A stretch of DNA of 33,473 nt from a bacterium. Its GTDB lineage: Bacteria > Zhuqueibacterota > Zhuqueibacteria > Oceanimicrobiales > Oceanimicrobiaceae. Under the pieces are notes generated by a model. It did no database searches. It was not told the DNA's origin and was given only the letters and a program-made list of their open reading frames with translations. Below, piece after piece: positions 16,663-25,332 of the stretch; within the stretch, counting starts at the first letter, position 1, and each line of letters starts with the position of its first letter. The stretch spans positions 1 to 33,473 of the forward strand of contig JBHHXN010000046.1 of NCBI GenBank assembly GCA_046757025.1, in the 5' to 3' direction. A program made the translations under genes and the position numbers.

Positions 16663-17688
16663 TTATTTCCCCAAGACCTCTTTCGATATATGCATACTCA
16701 CCAGCATATTCGGCATGTCCACCACCTCGGCGATGTGCAGGTCGGCGCCCAGGGAGCAGAGCACGTACGCGTCGTTGCGGGTCAAACCGTGTTCCGCAAC
16801 GAGATAATCCACCATGTAGCGGGTGGCCTGTTTTGCGGCTTCATCGATGGTGGTGGCAAACGCGGTGACCGCATAATAGTCGTCGGTTTCATACTCCGGC
16901 GACTGAATGGAGCGCCCGCCTTTTTTGACTTCCACCTGATAGACAATGCGCATGGGCGCCTCGATGGCGGTGCCGCAAACCTCGCCCATGCCCTGCGCTG
17001 CGTGGGTATCCCCGATGGAAAAAAGGGCGCCTTTCACAAAGACTGGAAAATAAATGGTCGTGCCCTCAGTCATTAAAGCGTTGTCCATGTTGCCGCCATT
17101 TTCCCGCGGCGGAATGGTGGAGAGCATCTCCTCTGTAGCCGGCGCCACGCCCATGACGCCCGGAAACGGCTTCAATGGCACGGTTACTTTATCGGTGAAC
17201 TGCAGAGATTTGGCGTCTTTCGGGATGGTAAACGTTTTCAAATACGGCTCGGTGAATTCATCCGCCAGGAAGCCGAAGCCTGGAAAAATGCCAGCCCAGC
17301 CCCAGTCGCCAATTTCTATTTTGTGCAGTGTGACCGCTAACACATCCCCGGGCTCCGCCCCTTCCACGTAAACCGGTCCCGTTAAGGGATGGATAGGGTC
17401 GAATTGTACGTTCGGTACGTCGGCCGCGGTTGAATTCACGGTGAGCTGCGCATCGGATGCTTCCTCGGTTTGCACTTCAATCACCGCACCCGAGGGCACG
17501 GTCAAGACCGGCGGAATGGCGCTGCTCCATTTATTGTGCGTTTGGTCGCGGGTTAGAAAATACTGCGGTTCGGGTGTGCTCTTCTGCTGACTGTTTTCTT
17601 TATCTAAGCCAGGGCAACCAAAAAGTATAATTGCCACAAAGAAACAGATAAACTTCAGCGCCAAACTTTTTTGAAGTGTTCTTTGCAT
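16663..17688 (-). CDS. Acetamidase/formamidase family protein with lipoprotein-like signal peptide
   Basis: HPLTGPVYVEGAEPGD, PFPGVMGVAP, PPRENGGNMD, GDTHAAQGMGEVCGTAIE, AYVLCSLGADL; N-terminal hydrophobic stretch ending LFGC; GGAGGG RBS. Confidence 0.9.
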   Translation of the reverse strand: MQRTLQKSLALKFICFFVAIILFGCPGLDKENSQQKSTPEPQYFLTRDQTHNKWSSAIPPVLTVPSGAVIEVQTEEASDAQLTVNSTAADVPNVQFDPIHPLTGPVYVEGAEPGDVLAVTLHKIEIGDWGWAGIFPGFGFLADEFTEPYLKTFTIPKDAKSLQFTDKVTVPLKPFPGVMGVAPATEEMLSTIPPRENGGNMDNALMTEGTTIYFPVFVKGALFSIGDTHAAQGMGEVCGTAIEAPMRIVYQVEVKKGGRSIQSPEYETDDYYAVTAFATTIDEAAKQATRYMVDYLVAEHGLTRNDAYVLCSLGADLHIAEVVDMPNMLVSMHISKEVLGK

Positions 17689-17733
17689 AGTTATTCCCTC
17701 CTGTTAATAAATGCAACACGATGATTTAATAGA

Positions 17734-17981
17734 TTACTTCATCAGTGCCCGGTTTAAACTCGTGGATTAAAATCTGAGCTGCCCTCCCTAAATCCCCCTC
17801 GAGAGGAGATCCCGCTAAGCGGGAGGGGATGATTACTGCCAAACAATCAAAGCAAGACACTATAGAATGATTGAACGAAAACGACCCGATCTTCCCGAAG
17901 GCCTCTAGGCCGAGAGTGAATTTCTGCCTGGCTCAGCGGGGCCTGTCCTGAGCTTTTTTTAACTGGACACTCATGATGTAA
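17734..17981. mobile_element. Composite MITE/REP cluster with 25-bp imperfect terminal IR
   Basis: TTACTTCATCAGTGCCCGGTTTAAA (17734-17758) is inverted with 17957-17981. Contains hairpin TCCCGCTAAGCGGGA and a 92-nt ungapped homolog (17865-17956) of 11064-11155. Confidence 0.55.
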
Positions 17982-18103
17982 CTAATTATTTAACCGGGTG
18001 AGCATAACAATCTTAAATAATTTGTAAAAATAAGCAAGTAAAATTATGCCATTGTTTCGGGATTGAAATGGGATTCACTCTACTCTGACATTTTCGACAA
18101 AGT

Positions 18104-19174
18104 TTACTTCCAGGTGGTCGAAGGCATTTCCAACACCAGGAAATGTTTGTCAAAAACCGAGCCGATCAACAGTGTGTCGTCAAACAAGGCGGCCACACTC
18201 GAACCCGACAGGGTTTCACCGGCATCCAAAAATACTTCATCGATCAGGTGGTGTTCCGAGCTAGCGGCAGAAATTTTCAAGACCTGAGACGGCGAGAGAT
18301 TTTTCTCATCTTTAGCATGATCCACAAACGTCAACAATTTTGGATGAGCGGCAATCCAGAGATTCCCTTCCTGATCCAATTCGATATTGTCCACGCCGGT
18401 GCCGAGGTCGATGGTTTTCCGTATTTCCAGCGCACCTGTGGAAAGATTACGGTCAAAGACATGAATTTTACCGCCGGTGGTGGCAGCCACGTACACGGTT
18501 TGACCATCGTGGCTGACGTTAATGCCGTTTGCGTACAAAATATTTTCCGCCGCAACGGTGAATTTGCTGCCATCAAAATAGAGAACATTGGATTTAGCCA
18601 GTCGCAAATATTCTTCCAGCGTGCGGCCAAATTCAGAGACGCTGCCGTGATCGTTGCTGACGTAAAAACTTCGCGGGCCCACCGCCACCAGATCGTTGGG
18701 GCTGTGCATGAGCGCATCCTGAATGGATTCTAAATGCACAAGCTGCTGGCCTACACCCTCAATTTGAAATATCTCCACAAAATGACCTTGTCGGCGATGA
18801 TTCACCACAAACAAGCGTTCTTCGCCGGCTGGACTGATAAATAAAGAAATCCCATGTGGATGGAATTCCTGCTCAAAATTGCTGGTGACATTTTGCAGCT
18901 CAGGATTTTCAGATTTGAGATCATACACAAAAATCATTCCTTGCGTTTCCCGTCCCGCTAAATTTGCCCGTCGGTCATCGCAGGAAAGGTAAGCCAGGCC
19001 AGCTTGCGGATGGATGGTGATATCCTCGGCGCCGATCACGCCGGGCACTTTTTCCACCTTCCCAGCCACATGCGGTTCGATATTTTTAAATTCTCCGGCA
19101 TCCTTCACGGTATCGAAGACCATCCACCCGGCCAAAATAAGAATGACAAATAGAGAGACCAACAATATTTTCAT
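18104..19174 (-). CDS. Paraoxonase/arylesterase-like six-bladed beta-propeller lactonase (SMP-30/gluconolactonase/PON family)
   Basis: GAEDITI, FHPHGIS, LFVVNH, PNDLVAVGPRSFYVSNDH, ANGINVS, VDNIELD, WIAAHP, SPSQVLKI, GSSVA, LLIGSVF; N-terminal membrane anchor. Confidence 0.9.
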   Translation of the reverse strand: MKILLVSLFVILILAGWMVFDTVKDAGEFKNIEPHVAGKVEKVPGVIGAEDITIHPQAGLAYLSCDDRRANLAGRETQGMIFVYDLKSENPELQNVTSNFEQEFHPHGISLFISPAGEERLFVVNHRRQGHFVEIFQIEGVGQQLVHLESIQDALMHSPNDLVAVGPRSFYVSNDHGSVSEFGRTLEEYLRLAKSNVLYFDGSKFTVAAENILYANGINVSHDGQTVYVAATTGGKIHVFDRNLSTGALEIRKTIDLGTGVDNIELDQEGNLWIAAHPKLLTFVDHAKDEKNLSPSQVLKISAASSEHHLIDEVFLDAGETLSGSSVAALFDDTLLIGSVFDKHFLVLEMPSTTWK

Positions 19175-19273
19175 TTATGCTTCCTTTCTTGTAAGCTCAA
19201 ATAAAGTAAACTTCTGCTTGTTTTTTGATTTTCAATAAAATCGATTAGAGTTGCAGCTCCCCCAGGTACACAT

Positions 19274-20257
19274 TCACTTTTTGAAAGAAACGTCCACCAA
19301 AAGCTGTTCATTGACATGGAGCTGAAACACATCCGGCCGGGTGTAGTGCCCGCTGACGTCCAGCGCCATCTTGCCTTCAGTGACTTGCTCTGGTGAAATT
19401 GTCGCGCACAGAATTCCGACTTCATCATGAAGCGGACCAGCCAGGCAGACGCCATCCGGAGCAAATATCGTGCTGCCGCCGCGTAAAATCAAGTCTTCAT
19501 CCTTTCCAGGGATTTCATTTAAAAGCTGTCGGGCTAAACTCGCGGTTTTACTATTTTGTGGCAATCCGTCAAACAATTCGCCTCGCCGCAACACGCAGCC
19601 TGCCGCCAGCACAAAACACCGGCCTTCAAACGCATAATGCCGGGACGCCACCAGATTCATTTCTTTCACCATGGGCCACTGCGCCACGTGCAACAGCTCT
19701 TGTTTTGCATGCATGGCGGTTCGGGCCAACGGCATCCAGTGCTCCCAGCAGATCAGCCCGCCAACACGGCCGATGTCGGTGTCCACCACCGCGAGCGTGC
19801 TGCCATCGCCCCGACCCCAGAGCAACCGTTCGGTGTAGGTGGGGATCAATTTTCGATGGATAGCCGCCAAATCGCCACTCGCGCTAAAATACAGCATGGT
19901 GTTGTAAAGCGTGCAGCCCAGACGCTCGTGCGCGCCCATCACCACCACAGATTTTGCCGCCTTTGTCGCTTTTGCTAATTTTTGCACGTGAGGACCCGAA
20001 AGTGTGACGCTGTTTTCGAAAAGAATGGTGAAGATCGCTTTGGCAGGTGGGTGATCCCACAGACCGGCACCCGGCGCAAAATCCAGCCAAACGGGATAAC
20101 CCGGCAGCCAGGTTTCCGGAAAGGCAATGAGCTGCGCGCCTCGTTTAGCTGCCTGCCCGATTAGGGCACAGGCTTTCTCTACGCTACGATCTAAATTCAA
20201 AAACACCGGCGTATCTTGTATGATCGCGACCGTAATTTTCTGATCATTTTCAGGCAT
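19274..20257 (-). CDS. Nitrilase (carbon-nitrogen hydrolase family, branch 1)
   Basis: Catalytic triad motifs FPETWLPGYP (E), HRKLIPTYTER (K), GGLICWEH (C); C-terminal DVSGHYTRPDVF. Confidence 0.92.
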   Translation of the reverse strand: MPENDQKITVAIIQDTPVFLNLDRSVEKACALIGQAAKRGAQLIAFPETWLPGYPVWLDFAPGAGLWDHPPAKAIFTILFENSVTLSGPHVQKLAKATKAAKSVVVMGAHERLGCTLYNTMLYFSASGDLAAIHRKLIPTYTERLLWGRGDGSTLAVVDTDIGRVGGLICWEHWMPLARTAMHAKQELLHVAQWPMVKEMNLVASRHYAFEGRCFVLAAGCVLRRGELFDGLPQNSKTASLARQLLNEIPGKDEDLILRGGSTIFAPDGVCLAGPLHDEVGILCATISPEQVTEGKMALDVSGHYTRPDVFQLHVNEQLLVDVSFKK

Positions 20258-20283
20258 GGTCTATTTTGATTGATTCGTAATTA

Positions 20284-20410
20284 GTGTCCATCCGTAAAGA
20301 ACCTTTTTTTGTCAATCCGCAATCTTTAAGCGGGAATCCATTGTTCCGTTAGGCACGAGATTCCCGATTTCTCGGGAATACACAAATGAGTCGTTTTCGT
20401 TCAGACACTC
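20284..20410. mobile_element. MITE of the same family as 11064-11219 (opposite orientation), 4-bp TSD ATTA
   Basis: Ends GTGTCCATCCGTAAA and GTCGTTTTCGTTCAGACACTC; ATTA at 20280-20283 and 20411-20414; internal GCGGGAATCCA...ATTCCCGATTTCTCGGGAAT REP-like cargo. Confidence 0.7.
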
Positions 20411-20571
20411 ATTACATGTTCACTTCATTTTACGACAAAAGTCTTCAGGTTATTTGAATGGAAACCGGGTGAAATCGCTCAAAAAAAAAGGTGCTTTTTC
20501 ATTTTTAAATACGGAAGTGACCTTTCTTAACCTGGATTGGAAATTTCTGGCAATGCAAGAACCGTCGAACG

Positions 20572-21375
20572 TTATTCACTGATCTCCTTTTGCGCCCGGA
20601 GCCAGCCCTGTGAAGCGCCGCTCCATTTCGAGATCAGCCGAGAAAGTTTCGGAGCCAGGCTGGGTAAAATGGAAACCACCAACCGCACCCGTCCGGGCAC
20701 GAACACTTCGATGGCGTTTTTTTCTATCGCTTTGCGAACGGCTTTCGCCACGTCTTCGGGCTGCACCAACGGCGTGAGAAAATGCCGGGCTACGCCCTCA
20801 GCCAGACGCGTATCGGCCATGCTTGGACAAATCCAGCTCACGCCAACTTTGGTATCCTGCAATTCTGCACGCAAGGCAGAGCTGAACCCCACAACCCCGT
20901 GCTTGGCAGCGGCATAAACCGCCACGCCTTCGGTTCCGAATTTGCCAGCGATGCTGGCGATATTTACAATGTGAGCCGCGTTTTTTTGAAGCAGATGCGG
21001 CAGAGCGGTGTGCGTCAAGTGTATAAGCCCGATTAAATTGACCTCGACTACCCTACGCCAGGATTTGAATTCCCGATCCGCAAAATAGCCTGAGGGCAGA
21101 ATGCCGGCGTTGTTTACCAGCACATCAAAACCGCCATTGGTACTGGCAACGGTATTGATCAATTCACAAGCCGTTCTTTCATCGCTGATGTCACAGGCAA
21201 AGCCGGTGAATTTCTGCCCACGGCTGTGAACGGCTTTCTCTGTGCTCTGCAAGTCGTTCAGGCGCAAGTCGACCCCGATGATATTGGCACCGGCGCTGGC
21301 CAGTTCAACTGCAATCGCTTGACCAATTCCACGGGCGGCTCCGGTAATGAGCGCGGTTTTGTTTTTAAACTGCAA
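20572..21375 (-). CDS. Short-chain dehydrogenase/reductase (SDR) family oxidoreductase
   Basis: TGAARGIG, VNNAG, NIASIAG, YAAAK catalytic motif; TTG start. Confidence 0.92.
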   Translation of the reverse strand: MQFKNKTALITGAARGIGQAIAVELASAGANIIGVDLRLNDLQSTEKAVHSRGQKFTGFACDISDERTACELINTVASTNGGFDVLVNNAGILPSGYFADREFKSWRRVVEVNLIGLIHLTHTALPHLLQKNAAHIVNIASIAGKFGTEGVAVYAAAKHGVVGFSSALRAELQDTKVGVSWICPSMADTRLAEGVARHFLTPLVQPEDVAKAVRKAIEKNAIEVFVPGRVRLVVSILPSLAPKLSRLISKWSGASQGWLRAQKEISE

Positions 21376-21403
21376 AATGGTATTTCTCTAATTTAGTGAA
21401 TAC

Positions 21404-21724
21404 CTAAATTGAGCGATTCCTGACCGAGTAGGGAGCGTGTGCCGGTGTGAGGGAAAAAACACGCTGAACAGACTGTGTGAAAACGCACAAACTACGCTTC
21501 TGTCATCCCGCAACCGCGGGATCTTTTTTGTTTGGACGTAAGGTGCTGTTTATTAAAAAGCGCCTTCCAGCCTGTCCCCCCAAGGCGGGTTATGACAAAA
21601 GTGGCGAAATCGGTTTTTAGTTTGAAATTCGAATTTTCACACAGGCTCTGAAGCGTGAACTCCCCTGATTCTGAACACTTGAACCCGTTGATAGGATCAT
21701 TCAACTATTAATCGCTCAATTTAG
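21404..21724. mobile_element. Outer MITE-like element with perfect 15-bp inverted repeats
   Basis: CTAAATTGAGCGATT (21404-21418) / AATCGCTCAATTTAG (21710-21724). Confidence 0.6.
21469..21648. mobile_element. 180-bp MITE with 15-bp TIRs and 4-bp TSD TGAA, inserted in a REP hairpin loop
   Basis: CAGACTGTGTGAAAA (21469-21483) / TTTTCACACAGGCTC (21634-21648); TGAA at 21465-21468 and 21649-21652. The empty site reconstructs to CACGC-TGAA-GCGTG. Internal TGTCATCCCGC...GCGGGTTATGACA repeat. Confidence 0.78.
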
Positions 21725-21898
21725 AGAATCGTGTTTTATTTTTCTGATAAGCTTGTCTTTATCCTGAAAATTTTCGCAAGAGTCAGGCGGCTGACCCGGG
21801 AATATCGTTTGTCCACAACGGCGAGTAGTTCCGTCTGTGACACTTGCCCGCCCGGGTAACCATGTTACACAAAATAATCCATTGGAGTTTGAACAGCA

Positions 21899-22252
21899 TT
21901 AATCGATAAATCGAATCGTAAATGGATATTTATACGTCTCGCCGTTGCTTATTTTCACCGATGCCATGATGACCAGAACGATCTGCGCGATCAACAAACC
22001 GATCAAAATCGGTATGCCGATGATAAAAATGCACATAATGCCGGCCACGATCAAGTAAATGGTAATGGAAATTTCAAAGTTGAGGGATTCCTTGCCTTCC
22101 TCATCTACTTTAGGAATGTCATCTTTTTTGATGAGCCAGACAATTAAGGGACCGACGATATTTCCGAATGGCACGCCTACCCAGCATGACAGCGCCGCCA
22201 GATGACAAAACATGCCCCAGGTACGGGCTTCTTTTTCATCGTTTTTTTGCAT
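21899..22252 (-). CDS. DUF4870 family membrane protein
   Basis: WGMFCHLAAL, GNIVGPLIVWLIKK, GKESLNFEIS, YKYPFTIRFI; AGGAG RBS. Confidence 0.9.
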   Translation of the reverse strand: MQKNDEKEARTWGMFCHLAALSCWVGVPFGNIVGPLIVWLIKKDDIPKVDEEGKESLNFEISITIYLIVAGIMCIFIIGIPILIGLLIAQIVLVIMASVKISNGETYKYPFTIRFID

Positions 22253-22296
22253 TGGGTTTTCTCCTACGTTTTCAAAGTTGCTGTTTTCTTTTTTAT

Positions 22297-23772
22297 TTAC
22301 TGTAAATCCTTCAACTTGTTGTCCAAAATTTCTTTGACGCGATTCAAATGTGCACGAGTAGTGCGCAGATTCCCGATGGCCAGTCGCAGCACAAATTTTT
22401 CATTCAACTTGGTGTGTGAAAGAAACACCTTACGGGTTTCATTAATGGCGGTTATTAATCGTTCATTTAACGACTGCAACTCGACTTCTTGGTGCAAATT
22501 CTTGGGATGTGCGCGAAAGCATACGGTGCTGAACGGCGTGGGCGCCATGCGTTCAAATTCTGCATGGGCATCCACCCAGTCGGCAAACTCTCGGGCCATT
22601 TCAATATGATGGCGGATTCGCCGTACGATGCCCTCGACGCCGAAATAGCGCAAAACAAACCACAGCTTCAACGCCCGAAACCGCCGGCCAAGCTGCACCC
22701 CGTAATCCATGTAATTTTGTACATCGGGGTCTTCCTGAGTGCGCAGATATTCCGGCACCAGGCTGAATGCCCGTTTTAGTACGTGCGGTTTGCGCGTGTA
22801 AAAGGCGCTCAAATCCACCGGCACAAACAGCCACTTGTGGGGATTCACTACGAAGGAATCCGCGCGCTCGCAGCCGTCTAAAATATGACGCCTTTCGGGC
22901 ACGACCGCCGCGCTGCCACCGTAAGCGGCGTCCACATGCAGCCACAGAGATTCCCGTTGACAGATCTCGGCGATGGACGGCAGCGGATCGACACTGGTGC
23001 TGGAGGTGGTGCCCACCGTAGCCACTACACAAAAAGGCAACCAGCCTTGTTGGCGATCTTCAGCGATGGCCTCGGCCAACGCCTGCGGGCGCATCCGGTA
23101 CTTTTCATCAACTGGAATTTTTCGAATACCAGCCAAACCCAAACCCAGAGTGATGGCCGCTTTATCGATGGAGGAATGCGCCTCCTGCGATGCATACAAA
23201 CGCAAGCGTGGTAACTCCTGGCGGCCCGCCAGGCCTTGTTCGCGAATGTTTAAGTCGGCAAGCTGTTCGCGGGCAGCGGCAATGGCGTGCAGACTGCTCA
23301 CTGAAGCCGTATCGTAAATGATCCCCCAGAAATCTTGCGGCAGGCCGAGCATTTGCCGAAGCCAGTCCAGCGTCACTTGTTCGAGCTCGGTGGCGGCCGG
23401 ACAGCTCTTCCAGAGCATGCCGTTGATGTTAAATGCCGCACTCAACAGCTCTCCTAAAATGCCCGGACCGCTACCCGTGATGGAAAAATAAGCGTGAAAG
23501 CTGGGATGGTTCCAGTGGGTCATTCCGGGCATGATTTTATCATCGATGTCAGCGAGTATTTCCTGCATGGCTTCACCAGTGGCAGGCGGGGCAGCAGGAA
23601 GGGAGCGACGGATTGCGCCCGGCTTGACGTCTGGCAGCACTGCATACTCATCAATATTTTCCAGTAAAGAGGCCATCCAATCCACTAGCTCATGGCCGAA
23701 TTTGCGAAACTCGTCGGGCGGCATATCGCCAAAGTATTGCTGCTCGGTTTCTTGCGCAGGCTGGTCAGTCAC
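22297..23772 (-). CDS. PLP-dependent aromatic-L-amino-acid decarboxylase (group II)
   Basis: PGMTHWNHPSFHAYF, SCPAATELE, AHSSIDKA, ATVGTT, WLHVDAAYGG, NPHKW (PLP lysine), LGRRFRALKLW. Confidence 0.93.
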   Translation of the reverse strand: MTDQPAQETEQQYFGDMPPDEFRKFGHELVDWMASLLENIDEYAVLPDVKPGAIRRSLPAAPPATGEAMQEILADIDDKIMPGMTHWNHPSFHAYFSITGSGPGILGELLSAAFNINGMLWKSCPAATELEQVTLDWLRQMLGLPQDFWGIIYDTASVSSLHAIAAAREQLADLNIREQGLAGRQELPRLRLYASQEAHSSIDKAAITLGLGLAGIRKIPVDEKYRMRPQALAEAIAEDRQQGWLPFCVVATVGTTSSTSVDPLPSIAEICQRESLWLHVDAAYGGSAAVVPERRHILDGCERADSFVVNPHKWLFVPVDLSAFYTRKPHVLKRAFSLVPEYLRTQEDPDVQNYMDYGVQLGRRFRALKLWFVLRYFGVEGIVRRIRHHIEMAREFADWVDAHAEFERMAPTPFSTVCFRAHPKNLHQEVELQSLNERLITAINETRKVFLSHTKLNEKFVLRLAIGNLRTTRAHLNRVKEILDNKLKDLQ

Positions 23773-23895
23773 GATATTTTACTTTCAAAATAAAATGAGA
23801 TTGTTTATATTTTACCACATTGGAAATTTTAATTTAAGATATGAATAGAAACTTAATCCTTTTAAAGAAAAATTGCAAGGATATTTTCTGTCTGA

Positions 23896-25008
23896 TTGCA
23901 GCACCTCACTTTTAGTGGCGGCAAACATTCGTTCCAAAAGAAACTTTGGAAACAAGAAATGAAAGTGCTCAGCCGACTGTTTTATTTTCTGTCGCTATTC
24001 CTGATTTATTTTATTTTAAGAGAATTGTTAGAGCTGTATGTGCTCACCAATTCCATCCATCCGATTCTGGGTTACGCCACGCTGCTGCTTCTACTGGGAT
24101 TGATCATCTATTTTATTGTAGCGCCCATTTATATAATCATCAAAATCCCCAAAAATTATGCCCCCCTCCGGGATAAGAACCGCGTGCCAGAAATGCTCAG
24201 CCGCCGCATTCGAAATTTTAAAAGCAATCCTTTTTTATTGAATTCAGAGCTGAATCTGGAATCCCTCGCGGACGATGAGGAAAGCTACGACCGCGTCATC
24301 GAAACTTTACAAAAAGAAAGCGAGCAGATTCGAAAGAAATACGTTTTGCGCCTTTTTTACAGCTCCAGCATTTCCCAGAACGGCTTTCTGGATGCCATCC
24401 TCATCCTGTCTTCCAGCGTCAATCTGGTCAAAGAGCTGTTCATTTTGTATCACGGCCGGGTATCGAACAAAGATTTGTGGGCCATCGCCAAAAAAGTGTA
24501 CCTTTCCATGGCCATCGGCGGCTCCGAGGGCGTGGAATACGCCACGCAGGAGCTGTTCTCAAAATTCGCCACCGATGGTTTCAAAAGCGTGCCTTTTGCC
24601 GACAAAATTTTGGGATCCCTGGCAGACGGGTTTGTCAATGCCACCATGCTAACCCGTATTTCATTGATTACAGAAAACTACTGCAAAAAGCTCTTCATCG
24701 AGTCTGACCGCGACCTCTACCCTTCTGCGGAATTTATCCTGAGAACCACCAAATTCATCACCTCAGACATCGTGGAAAAAATGACTGTGGAGCTGCTGCG
24801 CATGAGCAAAGAAAAAACCGTGGACTACGTCATGCTGGCGGTGAATCCGGTGGGGCACCTTTTTGCTCGTACCATGGGCCGGGTGCTCGAAGGCACCTCT
24901 AAATTCACTTCTTACCAAATGGAGATGATTAAAGACGTGGCCACCCTCGCCAACAAACCCTTTGTGTTCGGTATAGGACTGCTGACGGGCATTTTCAAAA
25001 AAAAATGA
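23896..25008 (+). CDS. DUF697/YcjF-like membrane protein
   Basis: Two N-terminal TM helices and ISQNGFLDAILIL...LVKELFILYHGR, ADGFVNATMLTRI segments; start may instead be ATG at 23959. Confidence 0.7.
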   Translation: MQHLTFSGGKHSFQKKLWKQEMKVLSRLFYFLSLFLIYFILRELLELYVLTNSIHPILGYATLLLLLGLIIYFIVAPIYIIIKIPKNYAPLRDKNRVPEMLSRRIRNFKSNPFLLNSELNLESLADDEESYDRVIETLQKESEQIRKKYVLRLFYSSSISQNGFLDAILILSSSVNLVKELFILYHGRVSNKDLWAIAKKVYLSMAIGGSEGVEYATQELFSKFATDGFKSVPFADKILGSLADGFVNATMLTRISLITENYCKKLFIESDRDLYPSAEFILRTTKFITSDIVEKMTVELLRMSKEKTVDYVMLAVNPVGHLFARTMGRVLEGTSKFTSYQMEMIKDVATLANKPFVFGIGLLTGIFKKK

Positions 25009-25332
25009 ACTGAGGAAAAATCCCTTGCATTCTATTCGGAAATCAATTAGTTTTGCAAAATTTTCTGAACTTTTATTGTTACCTTTTCAAAGAGACTTTC
25101 GGTTAAATCGTGTTTGGACGAAAACCCTGTTTTTGGTCATTCTAATGAATCCTTGGCCAGCGCTAGGATTCGGCTCTGAGCCGCGCGAAGGGCTAAACTC
25201 TACGACACAGAATCGACGTCTTTTCGCAACACCGTTTGCTAAAAGAGGTAAACACGAACAATCGTTCTCATTTTTAAACAGGAAACGAATTTAGTATTTC
25301 TAATAAAAACAAATAAACTAAAGGACGGGAAA

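Noticed and set aside
21492..21704. 70-aa minus-strand ORF
   Set aside because: Lies within nested MITE/REP sequence.
25025..25294. 89-aa ORF and a degenerate CGTGTTTGGACGAAAAC MITE-like end with hairpin GAATCCT...AGGATTC
   Set aside because: No convincing partner end, TSD, RBS or RNA family signature.
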